A DNA stretch of 64,000 bases from a virus (taxonomy: Duplodnaviria; Caudoviricetes). Numbering within the stretch: position 1 is the first letter of the stretch; every line of letters starts with the position of its first letter. The position numbers and the translations under genes were made by a program. Under the pieces are notes generated by a model that saw nothing but the letters and a program-made list of their open reading frames with translations, did no database searches and was not told the origin of the DNA. The stretch spans positions 33,538 to 97,537 of the IMG/VR virus record IMGVR_UViG_3300009095_000001; one strand, given 5' to 3'. Of the stretch, positions 45,955 to 54,456 are shown one piece after another.

Positions 45955-46359
45955 GTGACCGACAAACGAGAACCCACGTGGAGCGAGATCGGCGTCATAG
46001 CGGAAGCCGTCTCGGTGCTGACCAATCGCGAGGACTTGCCGCACGACTTGCTCGTCGAGCTCACGGGGCCGCTGCTCCGGCGTCTGGCGATCATGGGCGA
46101 GCGCATCATCCAGGACCCGCATGGCGACAGCGAGGCCGAGGACGAATGGCCGACGCGCGACGCGGATGTTGCCGCGAACAACCGGCTGCCGGAGCTGCAT
46201 GAAGTGCTCGAGCAGGAGGGGCGCAAGATCCAGGCCGCCGCCCAAGCACGGGCTGCCGAGCGGCTCGGAGCCTCGCCTGTCGTCCAGCTCAACGAGCTCA
46301 CGCGCGATCAGTGGGAAGCCATCGGGATCACGCGCGGATGGATGGATATCCAGTTCTAG
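45955..46359 (+). CDS. Hypothetical protein
   Basis: GTG start; fills the gap between minus-strand genes. Confidence 0.55.
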   Translation: MTDKREPTWSEIGVIAEAVSVLTNREDLPHDLLVELTGPLLRRLAIMGERIIQDPHGDSEAEDEWPTRDADVAANNRLPELHEVLEQEGRKIQAAAQARAAERLGASPVVQLNELTRDQWEAIGITRGWMDIQF

Positions 46360-47135
46360 CTGGGCGTCGCCTGCTCGAGCTCCACGACGTCCGCACCCTT
46401 GCTGTCGTCCGCTGGGGCAGGAGCCGGCCCGAGGAAGTTCCTGCGCGCCTCCTGCCACACGCTCGCTGGCACACCCGGGTCTCGGCCGCGCACGCCAGCA
46501 CGGGCTTCGGCCTCGATCGACTGGTGCAGCTCGCCAGCCTTCCGGCCGCGGCTCTGGCGGTCCAGGGTCAGCGCAGCCAGGGCGGCCCGCCGCATTCCGT
46601 CGCTCTCGTTCGGATTTCGGACCGTCTGCCAGCAGAACGCCGCGATCTCGTCGTCGCTCGGGATCTCCAGCTTCACGAGCTCGATGAGTGGAAGACGCGC
46701 GAGCGGCCCGGGGGGCAGGTGTCCGGGCTCGGGGTCTGGCCTGCGGCCCCTTGGCTTGGGCCCCGGAACCTCAGTCGGCTCGGGGTTCTTGGGTGGGCCG
46801 GAGACAACCTCCACGTCGACCACGACGGGCTCCGTCTTCGCAGCGACAGGAGCCGGCTCGGCCGCCTCGAGATCGGCTGGGGGAGGCTGAGGTGGACGCC
46901 AGCGGTTGAGCAGGACACGCAAGGCCCGCGCGCTCACGTCGTCGGTCGCAGCACCAAGCTCCCGCACGAGCCCGTAGGCGGCACCAAATTCGGGGTCTCT
47001 TTCGATGGCCCGGCGCAGCGACTTCGGGCTGGACCCGACGGCCTTCGCTATCGCGTTGTCGCTCGCTCCGTCCGCGACCAGGCATAGGCACCGGTGCTGT
47101 ACCGCCGGGTCGTTGAACACGCTGGGCATGGCCAT
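46356..47135 (-). CDS. HTH protein, possible terminase small subunit
   Basis: LVADGASDNAIAKAVGSSPKSLRRAIERDPEFGAAY resembles TerS N-terminal HTH. Confidence 0.5.
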   Translation of the reverse strand: MAMPSVFNDPAVQHRCLCLVADGASDNAIAKAVGSSPKSLRRAIERDPEFGAAYGLVRELGAATDDVSARALRVLLNRWRPPQPPPADLEAAEPAPVAAKTEPVVVDVEVVSGPPKNPEPTEVPGPKPRGRRPDPEPGHLPPGPLARLPLIELVKLEIPSDDEIAAFCWQTVRNPNESDGMRRAALAALTLDRQSRGRKAGELHQSIEAEARAGVRGRDPGVPASVWQEARRNFLGPAPAPADDSKGADVVELEQATPS

Positions 47136-47260
47136 ACGGGCACGCTAGCACGGTTTTGCGGAGTCTGGCTCAGCAACCGCCCACGTACGCGGGCCCCGCA
47201 AACAAGCGCCCATCCAACCGCCCAGGGACGAGTGGTCGCCGGCTGGGGTAGCCTGCGCCC

Positions 47261-47653
47261 ATGCTGATCCGCCGACTCGTGCTCTCCGGTGACTTCGCCG
47301 ACGATGATTGGACCGACCCCGCGAACGCGCCTCCCGACACGGCGCGGCCGATCAAGTGCACGTCGTGCCCGATGGTCTTCGCGCTGCAGGGCCGCGAGAG
47401 CGAGGACGCGGACGCGGCGGTGGTCGACGTCGGCGCTCTCGAGGTCGACGCGTACGTGGCGACCAAGCTCGGCGACGGCTACGTGCGCGGCAAGACGCTG
47501 GTCGAAGCCGACTCAGCGCTGAGCGCCCGCATCAAGTTGGTGGCGACGGAGGCTCAGCCCGGCGATATCGTCAGGCTCAACCTGACGCTGACGGGGGTGG
47601 ACACGCTGCCGGTGCTCGACGTGCACCTGCTGAGCGGAGGTCGGCCGCTATGA
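47261..47653 (+). CDS. Hypothetical protein (possibly structural)
   Basis: TAGCCT-N6-ATG start; coupled to the collagen-like gene. Confidence 0.65.
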   Translation: MLIRRLVLSGDFADDDWTDPANAPPDTARPIKCTSCPMVFALQGRESEDADAAVVDVGALEVDAYVATKLGDGYVRGKTLVEADSALSARIKLVATEAQPGDIVRLNLTLTGVDTLPVLDVHLLSGGRPL

Positions 47654-48423
47654 TCGGCGCAGGCGGAGGGTTCCGAGGACCGCCCGGACCGGAAGGTCCG
47701 GCTGGCGAGCAAGGCCCCGAAGGTCCGGCAGGGCCGGATGGCCCCGAAGGTCCCCAAGGCCCGCAGGGCGAGCCTGGCGAGCAAGGTCCGGCTGGTGAGC
47801 AGGGTCCGCAGGGTGAGCAGGGCCCTCAGGGCGAACAGGGTCCGCAGGGTGAGCAGGGTCCGCAGGGTGAGCAGGGCCCTGCCGGCGAGCAAGGTCCCCC
47901 CGGGGAACAGGGTCCGGCTGGCGAACAGGGTCCGCAGGGCGAGCAAGGTCCGGCTGGCGAACAGGGTCCGCCGGGTCCCGACGAATACACGCCCGGCGAC
48001 ACCGACGGCTGGGCTGAGCCTGCGCCCGAGACCTTCACCGACGCGGTTGGCCGGCTCGAAGCCCGCGGCCGGATCCGCGAGTGGTCGCTGCCCCGGACGA
48101 TCTCGATGGTCACGGGCGACACGGTGATCGGCAAGTACTACGGGCCGCCCGCGGCGGTGATCGAGTGCTGCGCGATCAACCAGGATCTGACCGACACGCT
48201 GGTCGATCCATGCGAGCTCACTCCGTCTATCGAAGGTGTGCCGATCGACGACGGCGTGATGACCTTTGCGGCCGGCAGTACGTCGCCCGGGACCCAGGTG
48301 ACCGCCGAGCCGACGGCAGCCAACGTGCTCGCGGACGGCGATCGGATCTCGGTCCAGTCAGGTGGTGGCAACGCGATCGAGGGCACCGCGATGGTGACCC
48401 TCAAGCTCCTGCTGTTGGCCTAG
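47650..48423 (+). CDS. Collagen-like protein
   Basis: About 34 uninterrupted G-X-Y triplets (GPQ/GEQ/GPA) at 47677-47982, then a beta-rich C-domain. Confidence 0.9.
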   Translation: MIGAGGGFRGPPGPEGPAGEQGPEGPAGPDGPEGPQGPQGEPGEQGPAGEQGPQGEQGPQGEQGPQGEQGPQGEQGPAGEQGPPGEQGPAGEQGPQGEQGPAGEQGPPGPDEYTPGDTDGWAEPAPETFTDAVGRLEARGRIREWSLPRTISMVTGDTVIGKYYGPPAAVIECCAINQDLTDTLVDPCELTPSIEGVPIDDGVMTFAAGSTSPGTQVTAEPTAANVLADGDRISVQSGGGNAIEGTAMVTLKLLLLA

Positions 48424-48875
48424 TAGGGGAGCTCGCCGTCGATCACCTGCGTGGGGTCGACGGCCATGTACCCGCTTGCTCGAGCTGCGACGCCGAGTCC
48501 ATCGGGTGACCAGCCTGCTTGGTACGCCTCGCCGATGACCCAGCAGATCGCGGAGAGCTCGAGCTTGTGCCGGAGCTCGAAGGTGAAGATCCCGAGGTGC
48601 TGCTCTTGGTGGTGCAGCCGGCACGCGGGGAAGATGTTGCCGACCAGCACGTCGCTGTCGGGCAGCTCGTCCCAGTCGCCGTGATTGCGCCGGGTCCCGC
48701 GGTGGCAAGGGTCGCCCTTGAGCGCGGGCTCGAGGCACACGACGCAGGGCAAGCGCCGGATAAACTCGCGGAAGCTCTCGTCGACCGGGGGCTTGGGAGT
48801 GCGGTCCGTGCTGACCATCGCGATCGCCGGGAGCGAGGCGAGGTACTCGGTCGCCTTGTCGCTGCGCCGCTTCAT
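48420..48875 (-). CDS. DUF968/HNH-like putative nuclease
   Basis: [33 protein letters not shown]. Confidence 0.8.
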   Translation of the reverse strand: MKRRSDKATEYLASLPAIAMVSTDRTPKPPVDESFREFIRRLPCVVCLEPALKGDPCHRGTRRNHGDWDELPDSDVLVGNIFPACRLHHQEQHLGIFTFELRHKLELSAICWVIGEAYQAGWSPDGLGVAARASGYMAVDPTQVIDGELPY

Positions 48876-49453
48876 CCCGCGCACCGCATGGTGACCGAGG
48901 TCCGCAGCCCAGGCGTCAGCGAGAACATCGGGTCGGCGTCGATGCCTTCGATCGCGTGCTCGAGGTCTCGCGTCGGGCCGGCGAGCAGCGTGACGTCGCC
49001 CGACTGCAGGACGCAGCGCGAGGCATTGCCGTCGGTCCAGATCGCCCAGCGCCCCGGGTCGCCCAGGGAGATCGTGACGATCGGCAGCGACGTGTCGCGC
49101 TCGCTCCGGTCGGCGTGGCGACCAAGCTTCGCGCCGGCCCGGTAGCGGTTGATGATCGCGCTGTCGGGCTCGAAGCGGACCCTGGCGGCGCGCTGGTAGA
49201 TCTCGATCCACTCGCGAGGCATCGGCGGCCACGGGCGCCCGTCGGCCTGCGTGCGCGTGTACCTGTAGCTCCGGCCGTCCGCGATCCAGCCGAGCGCCCC
49301 CGCGCCGGTGATCTCGACCGACATGGGCAGCCCGCCACGCGCGATGGGCTTGAACAGCGGGGCCGCTGCGATCACGTCGTCGACCTGCTCGAGCAAGCGC
49401 AGCTGCGTCGTTCGGTCGAGCCGCATCACGATGGTGTCGGCCGCGGTGATCAT
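48872..49453 (-). CDS. alkB: AlkB-family 2OG-Fe(II) dioxygenase
   Basis: MSVEIT..G.LGW, YRY, PWPPMP, PDSAIINRY, HADRSE, PIVTISLG, SGDV, EHAI, RTSVTMR. Confidence 0.92.
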   Translation of the reverse strand: MITAADTIVMRLDRTTQLRLLEQVDDVIAAAPLFKPIARGGLPMSVEITGAGALGWIADGRSYRYTRTQADGRPWPPMPREWIEIYQRAARVRFEPDSAIINRYRAGAKLGRHADRSERDTSLPIVTISLGDPGRWAIWTDGNASRCVLQSGDVTLLAGPTRDLEHAIEGIDADPMFSLTPGLRTSVTMRCAG

Positions 49454-49623
49454 CGACGCACCCGCATGTGCTGGACCGTGTCGACCAGCAAGAAGAGACT
49501 GCCCAGGACGATCAACGCCCAGCCGATCGGGACGCGAAGGTCATCGCGGAAGCACGCCCAGATCAGCAGGCCGTAGGTCACGACCGCCTTCGACAAGCCC
49601 CACACGACCGTCCTACTCGCCAT
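49450..49623 (-). CDS. Small 2-TM membrane protein
   Basis: Two hydrophobic segments; coupled to alkB. Confidence 0.5.
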   Translation of the reverse strand: MASRTVVWGLSKAVVTYGLLIWACFRDDLRVPIGWALIVLGSLFLLVDTVQHMRVRR

Positions 49624-50221
49624 CGTACGCCTCACACTCTTCGGCCCAGTCGAGGTCACCGTCGCCGTCGTCGGCCTCGTCATCGAACCCACCAGGCGAG
49701 TCGTCCCAGCTGTCGCAGAGGCCACCAGCGAGCACGCCCTCGCACACCTGCATGTCGCATCGGCAGTGCTGCGCGCACGAGTCGTAGTAGGCCTGGTATT
49801 CGGGATCGTCGTAGGGATCGGACTGCTCGGCCTTGAGCTGCGCCAGCTCGCGCTCGGCCGCTTCCGCGCGCGCCTTCCAGTCGGTAGCGAACACCAGCTC
49901 ATGCCCGGCGGCGCACCGCGACTCGGGCGTAGCTGGCTCGATCACGGTCGAGCAGACCGGGCACCACGCCGCCGTGCCGCCGACCAGCAAGGCCCGCTGC
50001 TCGACGTGCCGCCGGTAGTTCGTGCGGATGGTCTGACGGGCCTTGGCCAGCTCGAGCTCAGCACGTTCCTTGGCTGCCCGCTCGGCCCCAAGCTCGCGGC
50101 GCAGCTGACCTAGCTCGGCTTGCAGCAGCGACCGGGCCAGCACAAGCACACGATCTACATCGCCGGCATGAGCTGCGTTGGAGAGCTCGACAGCGGTCTC
50201 GATCACGTCAGCCATCACCAA
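49613..50221 (-). CDS. Hypothetical protein with coiled coil, Cys clusters and acidic tail
   Basis: WCPVC...RCAAGH; CAQHCRC...CEGVLAGGLC. Confidence 0.6.
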   Translation of the reverse strand: MVMADVIETAVELSNAAHAGDVDRVLVLARSLLQAELGQLRRELGAERAAKERAELELAKARQTIRTNYRRHVEQRALLVGGTAAWCPVCSTVIEPATPESRCAAGHELVFATDWKARAEAAERELAQLKAEQSDPYDDPEYQAYYDSCAQHCRCDMQVCEGVLAGGLCDSWDDSPGGFDDEADDGDGDLDWAEECEAYDGE

Positions 50222-50541
50222 CCTCCGAAGGTGAGCGCGACCGCGACGATCACGGCGAGCGCCAAGCTGCCGACGGTGAAGATCAGCGGGAGATCACCGC
50301 TACCCAAGCCGCGCTCGTAGCTGGTGCAGTTGCCGTCCGGGTTGAGGTCACGGCAATCCTCGCCGCTCGGCAGACCGACGAACCCCGTCTGCGGGTCTGG
50401 CTTCGCCGGAACGATCGGGAGCCGGGCGCAGATGTAGTCGCCGCCTCGCAGGCTCGGCCGGATCGAGCGTGCGCGAATGGGGCGTCGGTCGATCGCGTGG
50501 CCGCGCCGCGAGTGCTTGCAGTTCTTGCAGATGTTGGTCAT
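50215..50541 (-). CDS. Small Cys-containing protein with C-terminal TM anchor
   Basis: CKNCKH...YIC...CRDLNPDGNCTSY; C-terminal hydrophobic helix. Confidence 0.65.
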   Translation of the reverse strand: MTNICKNCKHSRRGHAIDRRPIRARSIRPSLRGGDYICARLPIVPAKPDPQTGFVGLPSGEDCRDLNPDGNCTSYERGLGSGDLPLIFTVGSLALAVIVAVALTFGGW

Positions 50542-51593
50542 GGGGTCCCCTTGTGTTCGTACAGCCATCGAAGCGCCCGGATGATTGCATCGCTCTCGGG
50601 CCGCGCGCTCAGCTTCGCCAGCCCCTCGCTCCACGGTCGGCCGAGGTGACAAGCGTGGTCAACCGCCACCAGCCAGTCGTCGCTCTTGAGCTCGACGCCG
50701 AGCACGGTCCACCACACGGCGTGCTCGAGCACGGGCGACCAGTGCAGGGCGAGCAGCAGCTGCGCGAGGCTGTCCGCGTAGATCGGGCTCGGGGTCTTGC
50801 GGTCTTGCTCCTGAATGCGGCAGCCCACCGCGAGCGCGGCCTTGGTGACGGTCTTGACGAAGTCGCGCTGCGGATAGAAGGGTTGATCGGCGATCGGCGA
50901 CCGAAACACCACCATGTAGGGCGCCTCGGGATCCCGCTGTGCGCAGGGTTTCAACGCCTGGCGCCCAGCTCGAGGTCGTTCACCGTTGATGCGAACCCAC
51001 CAGCCGACGCCCGTCCGCGCAGAGTCTCCGCGCACATGGGTCGGCCCGTTCAGATAGCGATGGATCCCACGCGGGCCGACGATCGCGGTCGCGTCGACCC
51101 CAGCCGGCGGGAGCTGGGAGAACCTGAGCGGTCGACCAGGCGAGGTCTCGGCTCGGTCGTCGTCGCGGAGCGCCATCACGTCGACCCACGCCTCGCCGTT
51201 CGCGTCGATCTCCGCCGCCAGCCCACCGTAGTTTTCATCGGTGACGACGAACGCGAACCCGTCGTCGCGCGCCAGATGAAAACCGCCGTATATCTCCGCC
51301 CCAGGTTCGCCGGTGACACGCACCTGGCCGCACGGCACCGTGAGCGTGAAGCGGATCCCCACGTCCGCGCCGAGGCAAACACGCGAGCGCCCGAAGCAGA
51401 GGGCGCGTTCGTCCTTGCCGAGCAAGTCGGGCCGAAAGTAGAGGTAGGCCGCGACCTTGCGCGAGCGACCGATGTTCGGCATGCGGCCGAGCACGGTGTG
51501 AAGGTCGGTGGCGATCGCATCTTTGAAGGCGAGCGGGACCACGGCGGGTTCGTCGACGGCTAGCTCAACATCGAACGCGGACAACTGACTCAC
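50538..51593 (-). CDS. Hypothetical protein
   Basis: 351 aa ORF leading a minus-strand operon. Confidence 0.65.
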   Translation of the reverse strand: MSQLSAFDVELAVDEPAVVPLAFKDAIATDLHTVLGRMPNIGRSRKVAAYLYFRPDLLGKDERALCFGRSRVCLGADVGIRFTLTVPCGQVRVTGEPGAEIYGGFHLARDDGFAFVVTDENYGGLAAEIDANGEAWVDVMALRDDDRAETSPGRPLRFSQLPPAGVDATAIVGPRGIHRYLNGPTHVRGDSARTGVGWWVRINGERPRAGRQALKPCAQRDPEAPYMVVFRSPIADQPFYPQRDFVKTVTKAALAVGCRIQEQDRKTPSPIYADSLAQLLLALHWSPVLEHAVWWTVLGVELKSDDWLVAVDHACHLGRPWSEGLAKLSARPESDAIIRALRWLYEHKGTP

Positions 51594-51632
51594 ACCCGCC
51601 GAAGTGCTAGCGGCCGCTGCTCATTCCTGGGA

Positions 51633-52031
51633 ATGTCGCGAGCGGCGGGCGGTTCGCCGACGACAATGGTCACGTACGAAATCACATTGGACAATCTCGT
51701 CGCCATCGCGGCGAAGCAGCTCGGCATCGAACCGAGCAAGATCAAGGTCACGTCGCGGATCGAGGACATGTTTCCGCAGCTCGTCGACGCTCTCCGAGAC
51801 GCGACGATCATGCTCTCGGAGCTGCCCGGCGATCACAGCATGGAGCTGGCTGACTTCCGCAGCGTTCTCGATCACGCGGAGGAAGGGAGCGCGCTGGTGC
51901 TCGAAGTCCGCTGCGAGCTCAGCGAGGCGAACAAGATCGACCGCCGGATCAAGCGGCTGTCGGCGCCCGACTCCGCGCCCGAGCCCGACCCGCAACCCGA
52001 CGGCGACGCCACGCCCGAGAGTGAGGAGTGA
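51633..52031 (+). CDS. Hypothetical protein
   Basis: First ORF of a plus-strand operon; coupled to the next gene. Confidence 0.6.
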   Translation: MSRAAGGSPTTMVTYEITLDNLVAIAAKQLGIEPSKIKVTSRIEDMFPQLVDALRDATIMLSELPGDHSMELADFRSVLDHAEEGSALVLEVRCELSEANKIDRRIKRLSAPDSAPEPDPQPDGDATPESEE

Positions 52032-52807
52032 GCCACCGCCAGATCGTGGCGATCACCGGCGGGCGTCTGCGCTTCCCGACGCTCGCCGAGCTCGACCAAC
52101 TGCTCGAGCTGCTCGCCAACTGGGGCACGCTCGAGGTCCGACACGGCGCCTGCCCGCCTCGCAAGAACGAGCGGGGCGAGCTGGTCGGCTCGACCGACAC
52201 CTACGTCGCTGCGTGGCTCAAGGCCCGCACCGCGTTGCGAGTCGAGCCCTACCCGGCGGACTGGAAGCGGCTCGGCCGGCCGGCGGGAGCCATCCGCAAT
52301 CGCGAAATGCTCGACGGGGTCAAGCCGGGCAGGCTGCTCCGCGAGCCCCAAGTGCACGCGCTGATTGCCTTCGCCGGGGGCACCGGGACCAACGACTGCC
52401 GAGACGCGGCCGGCGAGCGACGGCTTCCCGTGCACGTGATCGAGCCGATCCCCGAGCCGCACATTTGGAATTCGCACCACGGCAAGCCGCCGGGACCCGC
52501 TCTCTACTGCGGCCGCCCGAGCCCCGTCGGCAACCCCGACAAGGTCCCGCCCAAGCTCACCGCTGAGCAGCGAGCCGCCTTCGCGGTGCAGGCCTTGGCC
52601 GACTACAAGCTCTGGCTGTGGCGTCGCATCAACAAGAGCTCGCGCCTCTACGACCCCGCGGTGGTCGAGTACATCCTTCGCCTGACGCCGGAGCACTTCG
52701 CCGTCTGCAGCTGCGCGCCGCTCCATTGCCACGTCGAGATCCTGATCGCAGCGTGGCGTTGGCTGATGGGAATAGCGCTCGACGCGGCGGCGATTGAGCG
52801 CGCGTGA
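52028..52807 (+). CDS. YspA-like SLOG (DUF2493) + DUF4326 fusion
   Basis: ITGGR, HGAC, YPADWKRLGRPAGAIRNREML, LIAFAGGTGT; then YCGRPSPVGNP...CSCAPLHCHVEIL. Confidence 0.85.
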   Translation: MSHRQIVAITGGRLRFPTLAELDQLLELLANWGTLEVRHGACPPRKNERGELVGSTDTYVAAWLKARTALRVEPYPADWKRLGRPAGAIRNREMLDGVKPGRLLREPQVHALIAFAGGTGTNDCRDAAGERRLPVHVIEPIPEPHIWNSHHGKPPGPALYCGRPSPVGNPDKVPPKLTAEQRAAFAVQALADYKLWLWRRINKSSRLYDPAVVEYILRLTPEHFAVCSCAPLHCHVEILIAAWRWLMGIALDAAAIERA

Positions 52808-53028
52808 ACGTCGGATTTGCTGGTGTGTTGTTCGCTATCGCGCTCGTCTGGGCGATCGCGCTGTGGCGGATCGTTCGGACCAAGCCGCCGGTCCTGCGAG
52901 GGGAACGGCTTCGCCAAGCGGCCGCAGCCTTCGGAGTGCCGCGACGGTCGGGCGAGAGCGAGGCCGATTGGTGCGACCGCGTGCTCGGGGCTATCCGGCC
53001 TCGAGATCAGAACCGGGAGGGCCGCTAG
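52804..53028 (+). CDS. Small membrane-anchored protein
   Basis: N-terminal TM; coupled. Confidence 0.55.
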   Translation: MNVGFAGVLFAIALVWAIALWRIVRTKPPVLRGERLRQAAAAFGVPRRSGESEADWCDRVLGAIRPRDQNREGR

Positions 53029-53030
53029 CC

Positions 53031-53672
53031 ATGTGCTCGCACGGCACTTCGCGAACGCTCCTGCTGCCGACGCCGGACCACACCGACCCCGACGGGCTCC
53101 GCTACAAGCTCCGCCTGTGGCCGGTCGATGCCTGCATCGCGGATATCGTGCAGGCCTTGAACGCGGGCGGGGTCACGACGCTCGGGGCCTGCTGCGGGCA
53201 CGGTCGGGGCGCGGGCGTAATCGACCTGGCGGATGGTCGGGTGCTGGTCATCACCTCGCACGCGGCCGCACACGACGGCTCAGCGCTTCGCCAGCTGCCC
53301 CACGCCCAGCCGATGAGCTGGGACGAACGGCGCGCGGAATACGGCCGAGAGCGCGGGGTTGCGGGCGCCATGAGCAACCCGGACCCGACCACCGACCCCA
53401 CCCTGATCACCAGCCACCGCCGCGCGACCGTCCGCTACACCGAGGACGTCGGCCAGCCGGGGTGCCTCTACGCCTGGATCACCCTGCCCGACGGGCGCAA
53501 GACCAGCGTGACCGAGCGTCTGCTTCGGGTCGCGTGCTGCGACGACGAGAAGCCGTATCCCAACGACGAGGACAAGGTCGATATCCGCCGGAGCTTCCAA
53601 GCGGCCGTCGTCGCGCGCATCGATCAGGAGCTCGACCGCGAGCACGGGAGCTGGGCGGAGGTCCACCACTGA
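53031..53672 (+). CDS. Phage protein with VDxCIA...LN...T..xCCGHG domain plus a second domain
   Basis: VDACIADIVQALNAGGVTTLGACCGHG; possible internal start at 53370. Confidence 0.65.
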   Translation: MCSHGTSRTLLLPTPDHTDPDGLRYKLRLWPVDACIADIVQALNAGGVTTLGACCGHGRGAGVIDLADGRVLVITSHAAAHDGSALRQLPHAQPMSWDERRAEYGRERGVAGAMSNPDPTTDPTLITSHRRATVRYTEDVGQPGCLYAWITLPDGRKTSVTERLLRVACCDDEKPYPNDEDKVDIRRSFQAAVVARIDQELDREHGSWAEVHH

Positions 53673-53878
53673 TGGCTTGCCCCCACGGCTGCAGGACGCG
53701 AGCGGAGCGTGACCGCCACGCCGCGCAGGAGCCCCAAAGCGATGCCGGAGTGCAACTGAAACAGCGGCTCTTGGATCTGATCTGGTCCGGCGCCGACGAT
53801 TGCGAGCTGGCCAGGCTGTTCCCGAACGACAACGAGAGCATCGACGAAGCGGCGAAGCGCATCGCCGAGAAGCCTTGA
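53672..53878 (+). CDS. Small hypothetical protein
   Basis: ATG overlaps upstream TGA. Confidence 0.5.
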   Translation: MACPHGCRTRAERDRHAAQEPQSDAGVQLKQRLLDLIWSGADDCELARLFPNDNESIDEAAKRIAEKP

Positions 53879-53903
53879 CTCCCGAGCCCGCAGCCCGCAG
53901 CAT
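53875..53903 (+). promoter_or_regulatory. Sigma70-like promoter for the tRNA/ncRNA
   Basis: TTGACT-N17-CAGCAT ending 5 nt before the tRNA. Confidence 0.55.
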
Positions 53904-53908
53904 CATCG

Positions 53909-53981
53909 AGCGCGGTGGAGCAGTTGGTAGCTCGTCGGGCTCATAACCCGAAGGCCGTCGGTTCAAATCCGGCCTGCGCAA
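53909..53981 (+). tRNA. Initiator tRNA-fMet (CAT)
   Basis: Full cloverleaf; anticodon stem TCGGG-CTCATAA-CCCGA with three G-C pairs; unpaired 1:72 (A:A); GTTCAAATC T-loop; CCA not directly encoded. Confidence 0.95.
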
Positions 53982-54445
53982 ATCCAAAGGCAAGCCCGGA
54001 AATCTGCCACCGGGCCGGCTCCGCCCGAGGAGTCGAGGAGTAGCCAGGCGCGCGACCTGGCGGTGACGGCTGGGGTCGGGTTCCCCGGCCGTTCGCTTTT
54101 GTGGAATGGGAAGCGACGCGCTGCTATTCACTCGGCACGATGAAGCGGGCGTCCGGTAGCAGCTGACGGCGAGCTCGCTGGTCGATGGGCGCGAGCCCGA
54201 CACCACCCCGCCCGCGCGCTGGGTGGCAGACCGAGACCGGCGCGGCGGCGGTGCACCCCGCATCGACAGTAGGAGCAACGGGGGAGAGGGGCCGGCAACC
54301 CGAGCTGCGGGGGAGCCGGCCTGCTCGCGACTGGAATAGCGGCGCGCGCTCGTGCTTGATCGCGGGCAACAGACGCCGAGCTTCTGCGTCTACCCGGAGC
54401 CGTGATGCTGGCGCGGGGCTTGGAATAGCCGAGCCCCGCGCCGTC
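53982..54445 (+). ncRNA. Candidate large structured ncRNA
   Basis: No credible CDS; about 10 consecutive hairpins with G-U pairs; long-range helix 54003-54011/54222-54230; three TGGAATRG hairpin tips. Confidence 0.55.
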
Positions 54446-54456
54446 TTCGGCCCGCG

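Noticed and set aside
53909-53981. tRNA as prophage attachment site
   Set aside because: Phage-type genes continue on both sides, there is no integrase nearby and no duplicated tRNA 3' end was seen
53990-54012. Cobalamin riboswitch (AAGCCCGGAAATCTGCC resembles its 3' box); also tmRNA, RNase P or intron
   Set aside because: The upstream sequence is the tRNA rather than the aptamer core; hallmark motifs of the other RNAs were not found
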